From NCBI RefSeq assembly GCF_006345805.1, contig NW_021823810.1:1-20905 (forward strand): a stretch of 20,905 nucleotides of DNA. Reading direction: 5' to 3'. Position numbers and translations under genes: made by a program. Shown here piece after piece: positions 1-11,758 of the stretch. Within the stretch, counting starts at the first letter, position 1; each line of letters opens with the position of its first letter. The DNA is from Octopus sinensis (taxonomy: Eukaryota). Under the pieces are notes generated by a model. The model was not told the DNA's origin and searched no databases. It saw only the letters and a program-made list of their open reading frames with translations.

Positions 1-625
1 GAGAGAGAGAGACAGAGAAATAGAGAGAGAAGAAGATAATATAGACGGAGAGATGAATATATGTGAGTGTGTGTGTGCGTGCGTCTGTGTGCTCTTAAAT
101 ATAAAACGAATGTTCTCATGCATAATCCAGAAATAATCTTTCACATAGATTGTAATAGTCTTTCTTGCAATAATACATCAGACATGATTAACATGAACCT
201 GGCTATTATCAGTACTTGAGCTGGCACATTAATTTACAAATGCGGCAGTTATGGACTTCCATGGAAGAACTGCGGTCATTATACTGCTCTGCTGTTCCGC
301 TGACTTCACAGCTAGAATACTTTGGGGTTAAAAAAAGCATAGTATCTTCGGTTCTTGGAGATCTGGTTATTTAGGTTCCAGTTACGTTAGAGTTTGACAT
401 AGGGAAATCTGATTCAACGATGGAGCTTCTAACTAACCTTCAACCATTCTAGATATAGCAACCAAATCTCCTTCAAATCGTACGCTACCATATTAAAAGG
501 AGTAAGAAAATGCGTGGCTCTAAACCTTGCAATCACCTTTCTTCTATAATTCTATAACATCGAACCGAAGGATTGCTTTGAGAACAAATTTGGTTGAGGA
601 ACTGAAGGAAACAACAGAAGACTAT

Positions 626-682
<57 letters not shown>

Positions 683-698
683 CGTGTGTGTATATATA
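626..698. repeat. (TA)n/(TG)n microsatellite
   Basis: Read directly from the sequence. Confidence 0.95.
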
Positions 699-729
699 CT
701 CCGAACTAGGAATTGAAACCACCACCATA

Positions 730-909
730 ATCTGACAACTAGCGTTGGTTTGTTTATATTTCTGTCCCTTAGCTGTTCAGCAAAGAGACCACCGATCGGA
801 TAAGTATCCATCTTAGAAATAATAAGTTTTGGAGTCGATTTGTTCGACTAAACATATCGAAGCGGTGCTCCAGCTAGGCCGCAGTCCAATAATTCAAATC
901 AAGTAAGAA
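730..909 (+). mobile_element. SINE family A, diverged 3' half
   Basis: GTCGATTTGTTCGACTAAA...GCGGTGCTCCAGCTAGGCCGCAGTC is homologous to 5620-5790. Confidence 0.7.
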
Positions 910-1020
910 CGGGAAAAAATGGCAAACTATGTTTGCATTGAAAAATATCGGGATGGTCGTGGCTGGAATATCATTCAAAACGTGTCTACTCGACCATTGT
1001 CTAATTGGATTAACCAGAAG

Positions 1021-1039
1021 AACTACTACTACTACAACA

Positions 1040-1070
<31 letters not shown>

Positions 1071-1127
1071 ACTACTACTACTACTACTACTAGTGCTGCT
1101 GCTGCTACTACGACTGCTGCTGCTGCC
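1021..1127. repeat. (ACT)n/(GCT)n microsatellite
   Basis: Read directly from the sequence. Confidence 0.95.
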
Positions 1128-1336
1128 GCGAGAGCTTTCGACTTTGTAAAATAGTAGGCTAGTGCTTTTCAAATTGTGCTCTTAGATATAGTGAAGTGGC
1201 TCAGTGTAATCTTTAATAGAATTTTCCAGAATAAAAGGCGGGTTGGCCACGGCTGAATTCAGTTTTTATTCCATTTATCAACTTGATTTCTACTCTTTAG
1301 ACTTAATTCGTAAAGGAACAAGGACATCTTAAGAGT

Positions 1337-1990
<654 letters not shown>

Positions 1991-2345
1991 CGATAATTTT
2001 ATTCGATGTGGTGATCGATAGTAACAAACTATCGAAACAATAGTAATGAAAGATTCACAATATCTGAAGCATCGATAATTAGTTTTCCGTGTTTATTTCA
2101 TTATAACTCTATGGTGTCTTTCGTTGCCGAGTTATATCGACATTACGCGTTTAAGCCCCTTTTACATTACATGAAAGTTTAAAACATATTTTGAATAAAG
2201 ATCCCCAGCTTGTACAATAACATGCTGTACATTGTAGCACACCACTAAGCGCATGCGTACACATAGTGTTTCCCCTTTACGTATCCCATTTCTTTTCCTG
2301 TCGATACTTTCTTCGGATTTTATACCTATTAAATAACCACCTGAT

Positions 2346-2416
2346 GGAGGCACATGGCCTAGTGGTTAGAGCAGCGGATTCGCGGTCGACAGATCGCGGG
2401 TTCGAATCTCAGCCTG
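2346..2416 (+). mobile_element. Isolated tRNA-like SINE head (Pol III A and B boxes)
   Basis: A box TGGCCTAGTGG at 2355-2365 and B box GGTTCGAATC at 2399-2408. It resembles the head at 5125(-) and has no proper acceptor stem. Confidence 0.65.
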
Positions 2417-2667
2417 TTAATCTATATTTTTTGTTATTTTTCAAAGCCCTGCTCGTTTACGTTAAATGTTGTGTTAATTCTCCTTGGAAACAATTTTTTA
2501 GTGGCAAATACCATAGCGGATCTATTTTTAGCGCCAGAGTCGACCATATAGTGGTCACTCTCTTATATATGTGTATATAAATTTTTATTGTATCCCTGGT
2601 TTTTTTATGCACTAAGCCACTTGGTGTTAAATTGATGGTATTATTAAATTATATCCAACTTTCACCC

Positions 2668-2671
<4 letters not shown>

Positions 2672-2748
<77 letters not shown>

Positions 2749-2782
2749 TATGTGTGTGTGTGTGTGTGGTGTGTGTGTGTGC
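2672..2782. repeat. (TA)n(TG)n microsatellite
   Basis: Read directly from the sequence. Confidence 0.95.
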
Positions 2783-2799
2783 GTTTTTATGTCTGTGTC

Positions 2800-2950
2800 T
2801 GTATATGTTCCACCAGCATCGCTTGACAACCGATAGAAAAAGTACTAGACTTACAAAGAATAAGTCCTGCGATCGATTTCTTCGACCAGAACCCTCAAAG
2901 GTGGTGCTGCAGTATGGCTGCAGTCAAATGACTGAAGCAAGCATAGGAAT
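2800..2950 (+). mobile_element. SINE family A, 3' half with an internal deletion
   Basis: CATCGCTTGACAACCGATAGAAAAAGTACTAGACTTACAAAGAATAAGTCCTG...CAGTCAAATGACTGAA. Confidence 0.8.
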
Positions 2951-3019
2951 GTATGTGTGTGGTGTGTGTACACACATATCTATCTATCTGTTTGTGTTTA
3001 CGCCTGTCTCTCTGTCTGC

Positions 3020-3090
<71 letters not shown>

Positions 3091-3120
3091 CCTATCTATC
3101 TATCTATCTATCTATCTGTC
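3020..3120. repeat. (TATC)n microsatellite
   Basis: Read directly from the sequence. Confidence 0.95.
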
Positions 3121-3144
3121 TATCGTTCGATCGATCGATTGATC

Positions 3145-3805
3145 GCGCCTTCCTCATCCATGTGGTCCCAATCGCCCTCCTAAAATTGTATCTCCACCGT
3201 CGTGGAGTCTTTGCGAGTGGTCGTTCCCGCTCGCGCGGATACCACTCGACAACTTCGCGGATCCACTGATTATCGGTGAGCCGGGGTACGTGTCCAGCCA
3301 ATCTCCTTCTTCTGGCGGGTCTCGCACAGCCCTAACACGTCGCACCTGATCTTCTTCCTCTCCTCCATAAGGTGGTTCAGTTCTTGCCACCTTGCGAAGG
3401 ACCTGCAGTTGTAGATGCATGTTTCAAGGTTGGTCATGTTCCATGACGGCCCTCGGGAACCTGTTATTCTTAGCAGCCTCTCGTCGCTCGAGTTGGACTC
3501 CGCCGTCATGGAGTGGCCTGATTGACGCGCAGGGTGCTGAGGCCCTTTTCCTTTTCTCTTCGTTTTGCGTGCTGTTTTAGCCATAAGATGACGCCATCCC
3601 ACTGGCTGGATGGGCAGGCCGACATTTTGTTGGATGGCCGTTGACTGTTCAGGAGTTCATCTGTCCTTTGATGGGTCTTATTTTTCATCCCATAGGGTGT
3701 CCTCACCAAGCGAGCCTGGTAGGATTGTCTGTTTAGTCGCCGACGACCCGATCATGCAAAGTTTTGTACTGGATTACATGTTATCAGTAGCACTCTAGAG
3801 CGACC
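3145..3805 (-). mobile_element. Internally deleted RTE-clade LINE (5' region and APE N-terminus fused to the C-terminal end of the ORF)
   Basis: ORF 3270..3602 contains TCIYNCRSF...LMEERKKIRCDVLGLCETRQKKE, the start of an AP endonuclease. ORF 3104..3301 contains AGHVPRLTDNQWIREVVEWYPRERERPLAKTPRRW, a typical RTE C-terminus. The segment is GC-richer than its flanks. The 5' boundary is approximate. Confidence 0.85.
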
Positions 3806-3980
3806 TGACATAACCTCTTACACATACACACACGCGCGCACACATATACACATACTTGTATTCTTTCAACAAATAGAGATAGATAGATAAATAGATAGAT
3901 TGATACCAGACTAAGAGACAAAGATAGATCGTTAGATTGATCGATCGAGAGATAGAGACAAATCAATCAATCGATCGAAC

Positions 3981-4129
<149 letters not shown>

Positions 4130-4577
4130 TGCGAGTTTTTGCTTGGGTTGAATTAAAATAAAAAATACCCTAATACAATTAGGAAACGACAATGAAAGTC
4201 TCCGAGATCGATTATTCTCTAGAGACAGATAAACAAGTGAATTATCCCTCATAGTACCACCCGCTCCGTTTTACAATAATATGGCGTTTTCCTCTTTATG
4301 TAAAACACCAAGGAAAAAAAACTTCAAAGATTTTATACAAAATGGCTTTGACTTATGCAATAAGCAATTATAATCTGTGTCTTTTGTTACTTTTTTCCTT
4401 TCGTCTACAGTTAATTTCAATTGACAGATATCCTATAACTGCATTCAACTTTAGAAATAACTCCCTAACTCCGTGTGAGTATGCGTGTGTCTCTACGTGT
4501 ATGTATGTATGTATCTGTGTATCTATGAATGTAATGTATTCTTGTATGCATTTACAACTACATCTACATATATTGGT

Positions 4578-4590
4578 ATATGTATGTGCA

Positions 4591-4629
<39 letters not shown>

Positions 4630-4686
4630 ATTATATATATATAATATATATATATATATACATACATATCTATATTTATATATGTA
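4578..4686. repeat. (TA)n microsatellite
   Basis: Read directly from the sequence. Confidence 0.93.
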
Positions 4687-4783
4687 TTTCTTTATTGCCC
4701 ACAGGAGGCTAAACATAGAGGGGAAAACAAAGACAGACAAAGCGATTAAGTCGATTACATTGACCCCAGTGCCTAACTGGTAC
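4684..4783 (-). mobile_element. 3' fragment of SINE family B with a different tail
   Basis: AAGTCGATTACATTGACCCCAGTGCCTAACTGGTAC is the reverse complement of the family B motif GTACCAG...CTGGGGTCGATGTAATCGACTT. Confidence 0.7.
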
Positions 4784-4863
4784 ATATACATATATATATA
4801 TGTGTATATATATGTGCGTGTGGTGTGTGTGTGTGTTTGTGTATGTATCGGTGTCAGTGTATA

Positions 4864-5125
4864 AACCAGCCCATCGGGTGTTTGCTATACTCTACTGGTT
4901 ACAATGCGCTTCGCATTTCAAATGATGTCACTCCGCTGGTTAAGCAGCAGGCCGACTTTCCTCCTAAACGGAATCCCAGCCCATTACAGGCTTATCCATT
5001 TACAGCTGAGGGAATTGAAGCAATGGGAAATGAAGTGTCTTGCTCAAGAACACAGCCAGTTGGGGAATCGAAACCACGATCTCGCAAACGTGAGTGCAGT
5101 ATTCTAACCATAAGGCCATCCGCCT
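4864..5125 (-). mobile_element. tRNA-derived SINE, family C
   Basis: The minus strand has an A box TGGCCTTATGG and a B box GGTTTCGATTCC, followed by TGTGTTCTTGAGCAAGACACTT...CTCAGCTGTAAATGG, a typical SINE body. The 3' boundary is approximate. Confidence 0.72.
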
Positions 5126-5341
5126 AAAACGCACGCGCGCGCATGCACGCACACAGATTATAAGTTAGGCGTAGGTCAGAAAACGAGCACAAAATATGTG
5201 TAATACAGCAGTTATAGATAGAGCTTATCACGTCTTTAATGACCGGCTGCACAATATAGGACTTCTTCTTTTGATGCAAGTCCAACGAAGTGCCATCCTA
5301 ATGTTTAAAACCGCTAATATTATGTAACTATTCCCATGTCA

Positions 5342-5504
5342 GGCGTAGGAGTGGCTGTGTGGTAAGTAGCTTGCTTACCAACCACATGGTTCCGGTTTCA
5401 GTCCCAGTGCGTGACACCTTGGGCAAGTGTCTTCTAATATAACCTCGGGCCGACCAAAGCCTTGTGAGTGGATTTGGTGGACGAAAACTGAAAGAAGCCC
5501 GTCG

Positions 5505-5564
<60 letters not shown>

Positions 5565-5793
5565 GTGTGTGTATGTATGTGTGTGTATAAGTTTGTGCGC
5601 TTGTGTTTGTCCCCCAACATCGCTTGACAACCGATGCTGGTGTGTTTACGTCCCCGTAACTTCCGCAAAAGAATCCGAAAGAATAAGTACTAGGTTTACA
5701 AAGAATAAGTCCTGGGGCCGATTTGCGCGACTTAAAGGTGGTGCTCCAGCATGGCCGCAGTCAAATGACTGAAACAAGTAAAAGAATAAAAGA
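5342..5793 (+). mobile_element. Full-length tRNA-derived SINE, family A, with an internal (TA)n(TG)n tract
   Basis: A-box-like TGGCTGTGTGG, B-box-like GGTTTCAGTCCC and an AAAGAATAAAAGA tail. A 6-bp target-site duplication ATGTCA lies at 5336-5341 and 5794-5799. Several homologues occur in the window. Confidence 0.88.
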
Positions 5794-6067
5794 ATGTCAC
5801 TTCTGCGTGAATTGGTGTTGAAAACGGAAGTGGTGCAGGAGCAATTGTAATTGTTCATTAAAGATGTGAGAAACTCTCTCTCTTACTTGGTTTACATTTT
5901 ACTTTTCCCTAACCCCACACATTGGTTTTTCTGATGTGACACCTGGATTTTCTACACCTGAAGGATTTCGATCCTAAGACAACAATTCAAGAGTGTAGAT
6001 AGATTCAAGCTTGTGAAGAATGCTGCTTTGGAAGTACTTCGTTTTCCACACTTCCAAGACTTTAATC

Positions 6068-6108
6068 ATATATATATATATATCTATAATATATATATAT
6101 AATATCTA

Positions 6109-6146
<38 letters not shown>

Positions 6147-6209
6147 CACATTTAAATATATATATATATATATATATGTATATATTATATATATTATATA
6201 TATAATATA

Positions 6210-6244
<35 letters not shown>
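6068..6244. repeat. Imperfect (TA)n
   Basis: Read directly from the sequence. Confidence 0.95.
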
Positions 6245-6387
6245 TGAAACCACTATTATGTATTCAGACAATGATAACATAAACAAATCATAAAAACAGA
6301 TTATAACATATAACTAGATCACAAAACGTAGGTCACACGCACACACAGATATTAGGTATATACAAATTTGTAATAGAGAATAAAATT

Positions 6388-6407
6388 GAGAGAGGGAGAG
6401 AGAGGGG

Positions 6408-6480
<73 letters not shown>
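6388..6480. repeat. (GA)n microsatellite
   Basis: Read directly from the sequence. Confidence 0.95.
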
Positions 6481-6483
<3 letters not shown>

Positions 6484-7200
6484 TGAAATGGCGAGATTTT
6501 ATTTCAGCTACGAAATAATCTTTCAAATGTGCATTTCTTAATTTGGAGTACGTTTCTCCCTCACAAATGCAAGAAAAGTTCAGGATTTCAGGAAGAAATT
6601 TAGTAATTCCAGAACGAAAATTGTTTTTAGGTTAAATATTTATCCTCATTATCGTACGTTTTTTTTGGGGGGCTAAATTTCTTTTTTCGTCATGTTAACT
6701 TCAAAGTAGTTACTGTATAAATTATTTATCTGTTATTACGTAAGATTAACAGGTTATGAAATTACAACTTAATTAAACAACAGCATCCTTATTTTATGTT
6801 TATCACATAAAGTTAGCATGTTATATAATAAATTAATACTGTATACAAAACTACATTTTGCTTGTGGGCGGCGAGATAGTGGAGAGAGGTCGATGTTATT
6901 TTTATATAAGGTTTTTAATGTCACACAACAACAGTCTTGTATACAAGATTAATTTTCTCTTATCACATTTATTAGGTATCCAGACCTCTCCGTTTTCAAA
7001 CAATAGTCCAAGTGACCCGAAAGTTGATTTGAAATGATGATTTGACCCGTTATTTTAAATGATATAATTTCAATGAATAACTGAGAGTTTGTGATAGTTT
7101 TCCAGTTTCTTTTTCTTTTTTTTTGTGGGTTTAGTTTTGCGGTTTGCTTTCTACAAGTTTGTCTTGCTTTCAGAAAATGTATCCTTGGTTAAGATCTTGT

Positions 7201-7373
7201 TTCTTTTATCGTTTTACTTTTTGTTTCAGTCAATTGACTGCGACCATGCTGGAGCACTACTTTGACGTGTTTAGTCGAACAAATTTACCCCAGTATAATT
7301 AATTTTCTTTTTAGCCTAGTACTTACTCTATTGGTCTCACTATGTTTCTGGGGATGTAAACAAAGCAACACCG
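7201..7373 (-). mobile_element. SINE family A, 3' half
   Basis: TGTTTCAGTCAATTGACTGCGACCATGCTGGAGCAC...GCCTAGTACTTA is the reverse complement of the family A tail. Confidence 0.75.
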
Positions 7374-7393
7374 AGAGAGAGAGAGAGGTATAG

Positions 7394-7433
<40 letters not shown>

Positions 7434-7488
7434 GTATATCTTTAAACATATACATATATCAAGCGCATACATAAAGATATACACATAT

Positions 7489-7700
7489 GACGAGCGGGTA
7501 GAATGGCGATATTGCTGAAGAAATACTCTGCAGTATTACTTCTGACTTCTTACGTTCTGAGTTCAAATGCCGCCGAGGTCAACTTTGCCGTACACCTCTC
7601 TGGGGTCGAGAAAACAAAGTACCAGTGAAGAACTTGAGACGTTGACATCGATAAACACACTCCTTTTGAAAACTACGGGCTTTGTACCAAAATTTGAAAC
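7489..7700 (+). mobile_element. SINE family B, diverged
   Basis: TTACGTTCTGAGTTCAAATGCCGCCGAGGTCAACTTTGCC...AAGTACCAGT...CCAAAATTTGAAAC. Confidence 0.78.
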
Positions 7701-7741
7701 GATACATACAATTATATAACACACACACACGTATACATATG

Positions 7742-7781
<40 letters not shown>

Positions 7782-8231
7782 TGCACACATACTTACGCAC
7801 ATACATCTGCAATCATTTATTTTGATATTGTGGAAACACTTGAATGTAAATATGCTGATGAATCTACATAACATATTAGAAAAATTCCTAGCGTTCCTCC
7901 TAAAGCCGATAAAACTTTGGAATACAATTATATAAGAATGGAGAAAAAAATAACTTTATATTTCTGTCACTAACCGTATCGTATAGACATGAAAAAAAAT
8001 TGTTATCATGGAAACTGGGATATAGTAAGATGATAAACACGATAATTAGGAACATATGGGTATTTAGGGTCGTCTTACAAATTATCTAATTCGTTTACAG
8101 GAATCTCATTCCATTCTGTTTAATAACAGCGACATTACGACTCTTTAGTGTTCTAGAGAACGTAGCTCTTTACATGAATGGCAACTGAAAATTATATGAT
8201 GGCTGTACGGGTAAACCTAAAGAAAAATGCC

Positions 8232-8252
8232 ATGTATGTATATATGTATATG

Positions 8253-8319
<67 letters not shown>

Positions 8320-8320
8320 T
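8232..8320. repeat. (TA)n(TG)n microsatellite
   Basis: Read directly from the sequence. Confidence 0.95.
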
Positions 8321-8327
8321 CCATATA

Positions 8328-8580
8328 GGCGTAGGAGTAGCTGTGTGGTAAGTAGCTTGCTTATGAACCACATAGTTCCGTGTTGAGTCCCACTGCGTGG
8401 CACCTTGGGCAAGTGTCTTCTACTATAGCTTCGAGCCGACCAAAGCCTTGTGAGTGGATTTGGTAGACAGAAACTGAAAGAAGCCCGTCGTATATATGTA
8501 TATATCTATGTGTATGCTTGTGTGTCTGTGTTTGTCCCCCCAACATTGCTTGACAATTGATAAGTCCTGGGGTCGATTTG
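8328..8580 (+). mobile_element. SINE family A, internally deleted and 3'-truncated
   Basis: The head matches the 5342 copy. The sequence jumps from CTTGACAA to ATAAGTCCTGGGGTCGATTTG. Confidence 0.85.
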
Positions 8581-8960
8581 TTTTTCTGCGAAGTTACTCA
8601 TAAAGCAATTTAACATTAATCTGAAGGATCATACGCAATACTTTTTTAGTAGAGTACATGTTTATTTAAGTTTCAGCTTACAAGCCGTCATATATGTTTA
8701 TATGTGTATCTTTTTCTTCTGTTATCTATCTATCTATCTATCTATCTATAACTCCTCTCTCTCTTACTCTCTCTCTCCACACACACACACACATGTTGTA
8801 CATAGCGTATATACAACATGGAGCGGAAAGGCGCTGTGATTTTCGTCCGAGATGAACATCTTCATAGACGTGCTTTGTTGAAAACGCAATATATAAGGTA
8901 TAAAATTATATATCAATATATATTCATATAGTCAACATCAAGTAGCATAATATACTATAA

Positions 8961-9581
8961 GTAGCAGCACCCGTAAATTTTTCACGGAATTAATGGTAAA
9001 CTTATTGGGTTATTTCTGGAAATTTTATGCAAAAAATATGAAAGCTTAGCCTGTGTTGTGTCTGTATCAAAAGATAGTCACTCATCTGCTAATCATTAAA
9101 AAGTGAAGGAAATTGGAATACGATGATTACTTAATGCACTTTATATATATGCACTTTATATATTTTATGCACACTTTTCTACACTTAATACACAACACAC
9201 ACACTCTCTCTCTCTCTCTCTCTGTTACTCTCACTCTTCGCCTTACCCTCTTTTTCTGACCCCTTTTTTCTTTTGCATGTCGCCTTTTCCTTCAGCTAGT
9301 CACGTGAAAGCGTTATAGACGGGCTATGTAGTGAAAGGAAATAAACTTAGTTAAAAAAAAACAAATTACACATTTCACTCACCATCACTTCTCCTTCCTG
9401 CTCCCAATCTCTCTCCTCTCCACCCCCTCGCCTCACGTGACTTCCCTTCTGATCCCCACTCTCCCCTTTCCTCTTCTCCCACCCCATCCACCTTCGTCCC
9501 TTGCCTTCCTACTTCAACAAATCACGTGGATGCGTTACGATCGGGCTAATTAACGGAGGAAGAAGCAGAATTATTACAAGA
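8961..9581 (-). mobile_element. Possible non-autonomous Helitron-like element
   Basis: The minus strand starts A|TCTTGTAATAATTCTGC, and the same end recurs at 15428. The far end has a CCGT...ACGG hairpin (8971-8987) near a degenerate CTAG. The Helitron assignment is inference. Confidence 0.35.
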
Positions 9582-9759
9582 TATTTCAATTACAACCACT
9601 GTGTATGTACTTAAATATAAAGTAAAATGCTAAGATTGCATTAAGCCGAAGAAGACTGTCACACCTTCAGAGCTTTCCTCGGCAAAGAAATGAAAAGAAA
9701 ATACGGAGATGTACTTGCATAGCAAGTGACTTGATCTGAGATCGTGTGCTGGAACGAAA

Positions 9760-9983
9760 ACAATTGCAGCGTGGAAGGTGTTTATAAGCCATTTAAGAAA
9801 CACACAAAACCGTTAGATTCACTTCAACATTTAAATTTAATTTGTCAAAATATTTTCGTCGCTTTGAGACCGCGACCTGTTCACTGACAAAACTTTGTGC
9901 TGTATCTCTGAGAAGATGAAGTGAATCTAACAGTTTTGTGTGTTTCTTAAATGGCTTATAAACACCTTCCACGCTGCAATTGT
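9760..9983. repeat. 67-bp inverted repeat with 90-bp spacer; probable Penelope-like element terminus
   Basis: 9760-9826 and 9917-9983 are reverse complements with 1 mismatch, and the spacer contains the hammerhead variant. The Penelope assignment is inference. Confidence 0.85.
9841..9891 (-). ncRNA. Minimal type I hammerhead variant (G3:C8 core, extra G after A9, palindromic stem III)
   Basis: The minus strand reads UUUGUCA GUGAACA G GUCGC-GGUCUCAAA-GCGAC GAA AAUAUU U UGACAAA. This gives a perfect 7-bp stem I, a 5-bp stem II, a compensatory swap of the C3-G8 pair and a self-complementary AAUAUU. Confidence 0.7.
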
Positions 9984-10146
9984 AGATGTTAAACATTTAT
10001 AAATATAAACTGCTTATGGTAATATAAACTGTTTATTTAAAGGCAGTTATTAATCACTTAATAAACTAAACATACAGGTTTGTGTAACAGGGTTACTTAA
10101 ATACTTCCTATTTGTGTAGGTTTCTAAGTTTGTATGTACTATATAT

Positions 10147-10280
10147 TTGCTTCCTGACCACAAGGATCCGGGTTCAGTCCCACAGCGCGGCACATTGAGT
10201 GAGAGTCTTCTATTATAGCCTCAGACCGACCAAAGCCTTGTGAGTGGATTTAGTGGACGGAAACTGAAAAATGCCCGTCG

Positions 10281-10281
<1 letters not shown>
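10147..10281 (+). mobile_element. SINE family A, 5' half
   Basis: GGTTCAGTCCC...CCGACCAAAGCCTTGTGAGTGGATTT...GCCCGTCGT, running into (TCTA)n. Confidence 0.8.
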
Positions 10282-10365
<84 letters not shown>

Positions 10366-10489
10366 ATATCTCATCTATTATCATCTATCTGTCTATCTAT
10401 CTATATATCTATCTATATATCTATCGCTCTCTATATATATATATATATTCTGTCTGTCTATCTATCTATCTATCTATCTATCTATTATA

Positions 10490-10529
<40 letters not shown>

Positions 10530-10571
10530 CATCTATCCATCTATATCTATCTATCTATCTATCTATCTATC

Positions 10572-10607
<36 letters not shown>

Positions 10608-10674
10608 GTCTGTCTGTCTGTCTGTTTGTTTGTCTGTCTGTCTGTGTCTGTCTGTCTGTCTGTCTGTCTGTCTG
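10281..10674. repeat. (TCTA)n grading into (TCTG)n
   Basis: Read directly from the sequence; it accounts for ORFs 10240..10839 and 10271..10687. Confidence 0.96.
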
Positions 10675-10738
10675 CGTAAGTGCGTGATGGCATGCGCACA
10701 CAAAAACATAAAATGGCGACAATTTACCTATCGCACGC

Positions 10739-10770
<32 letters not shown>

Positions 10771-10959
10771 CGACGAAGTTCAGTATTAATACCAAAAAGT
10801 AATCTTTATCGTCAATATAACATGGATGTTTTGTTGTAACACCGAATACGGCGTTATTAGCATTGAGAGATCATCTCATATAAGCGCTTGGCGCATAAAA
10901 GCACACAGATCGTAGATTCCCCTCTGCTACGGTCTATGTATGACTGTGTATGTGTACTC

Positions 10960-10964
10960 TGTGT

Positions 10965-11024
<60 letters not shown>

Positions 11025-11032
11025 TGTGCGTG
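10960..11032. repeat. (TG)n microsatellite
   Basis: Read directly from the sequence. Confidence 0.95.
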
Positions 11033-11397
11033 TACTTGTGCAGTTATAGTAGTGTGTATGGCTGTTGTGGTGTTCGTAATGGTGGCAGTAATTGCGATTT
11101 CTCGCCATACTACATAAAACATATCCTCAAGTACCTCAAATGATAAAATGATGAAAGCTACTGAACCACTCGAAGCAACACCTGCCGTAACGTTGTCGGA
11201 GCCTATCTCCTAGAAATAGCAGCCAACATCTCAAATCATACAGCAATGTCCTAAATATAGCCATAGATGCACTACGTCAGAATTACATATTTTATAATAT
11301 ACTTCTTGTTACATTATGTCTGAAGGCTCGAAGGATATATAAGGATTATATGATGAAGATATGCTGCATACATACACACACAAACGCACACATACCC

Positions 11398-11401
<4 letters not shown>

Positions 11402-11449
<48 letters not shown>

Positions 11450-11508
11450 GTTTAAATATTTGTTGTGCAAGATTTTTATGTGACCATTCCGAAATATAAC
11501 AATGTATA

Positions 11509-11548
<40 letters not shown>

Positions 11549-11700
11549 TGTATGTATGTATGTATGTATGTATGTATATAAATATATGCATATATATGTA
11601 TATATATATGTATATATACATATATATATGTATATATATGTATATATATATGAATATGCATATATACATATATATATATATATGTGTATGTGTGTGTATG

Positions 11701-11736
<36 letters not shown>

Positions 11737-11758
11737 TGTATGTATGTATGTATGTGTA
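11402..11758. repeat. (TA)n/(TATG)n microsatellite field
   Basis: Read directly from the sequence. Confidence 0.93.

Noticed and set aside
450-1020. Old repeat fragments (TAGA.ATAGCA.CCAA at ~450, 11211 and reversed at ~17865; GGCTGGAAT-type segment at ~960)
   Set aside because: Probably an ancient SINE family, but too diverged to delimit by eye.
2346-2416. tRNA gene
   Set aside because: A and B boxes are present, but there is no acceptor stem or clean cloverleaf. A SINE head explains it better.
3725-3805. HDV-like ribozyme at the RTE 5' end (minus strand GGG-UCG-UCGG-CGA-CUAA resembles P4-J4/2)
   Set aside because: RTE elements can carry such ribozymes, but I could not build consistent P1, P2 and P3 helices by eye. 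A descriptor search on the family consensus would be needed.
9760-9983. MITE or pre-miRNA interpretation of the 67-bp inverted repeat
   Set aside because: No target-site duplication is visible, the 90-nt loop is too large for a pre-miRNA, and the loop holds a hammerhead-like motif.
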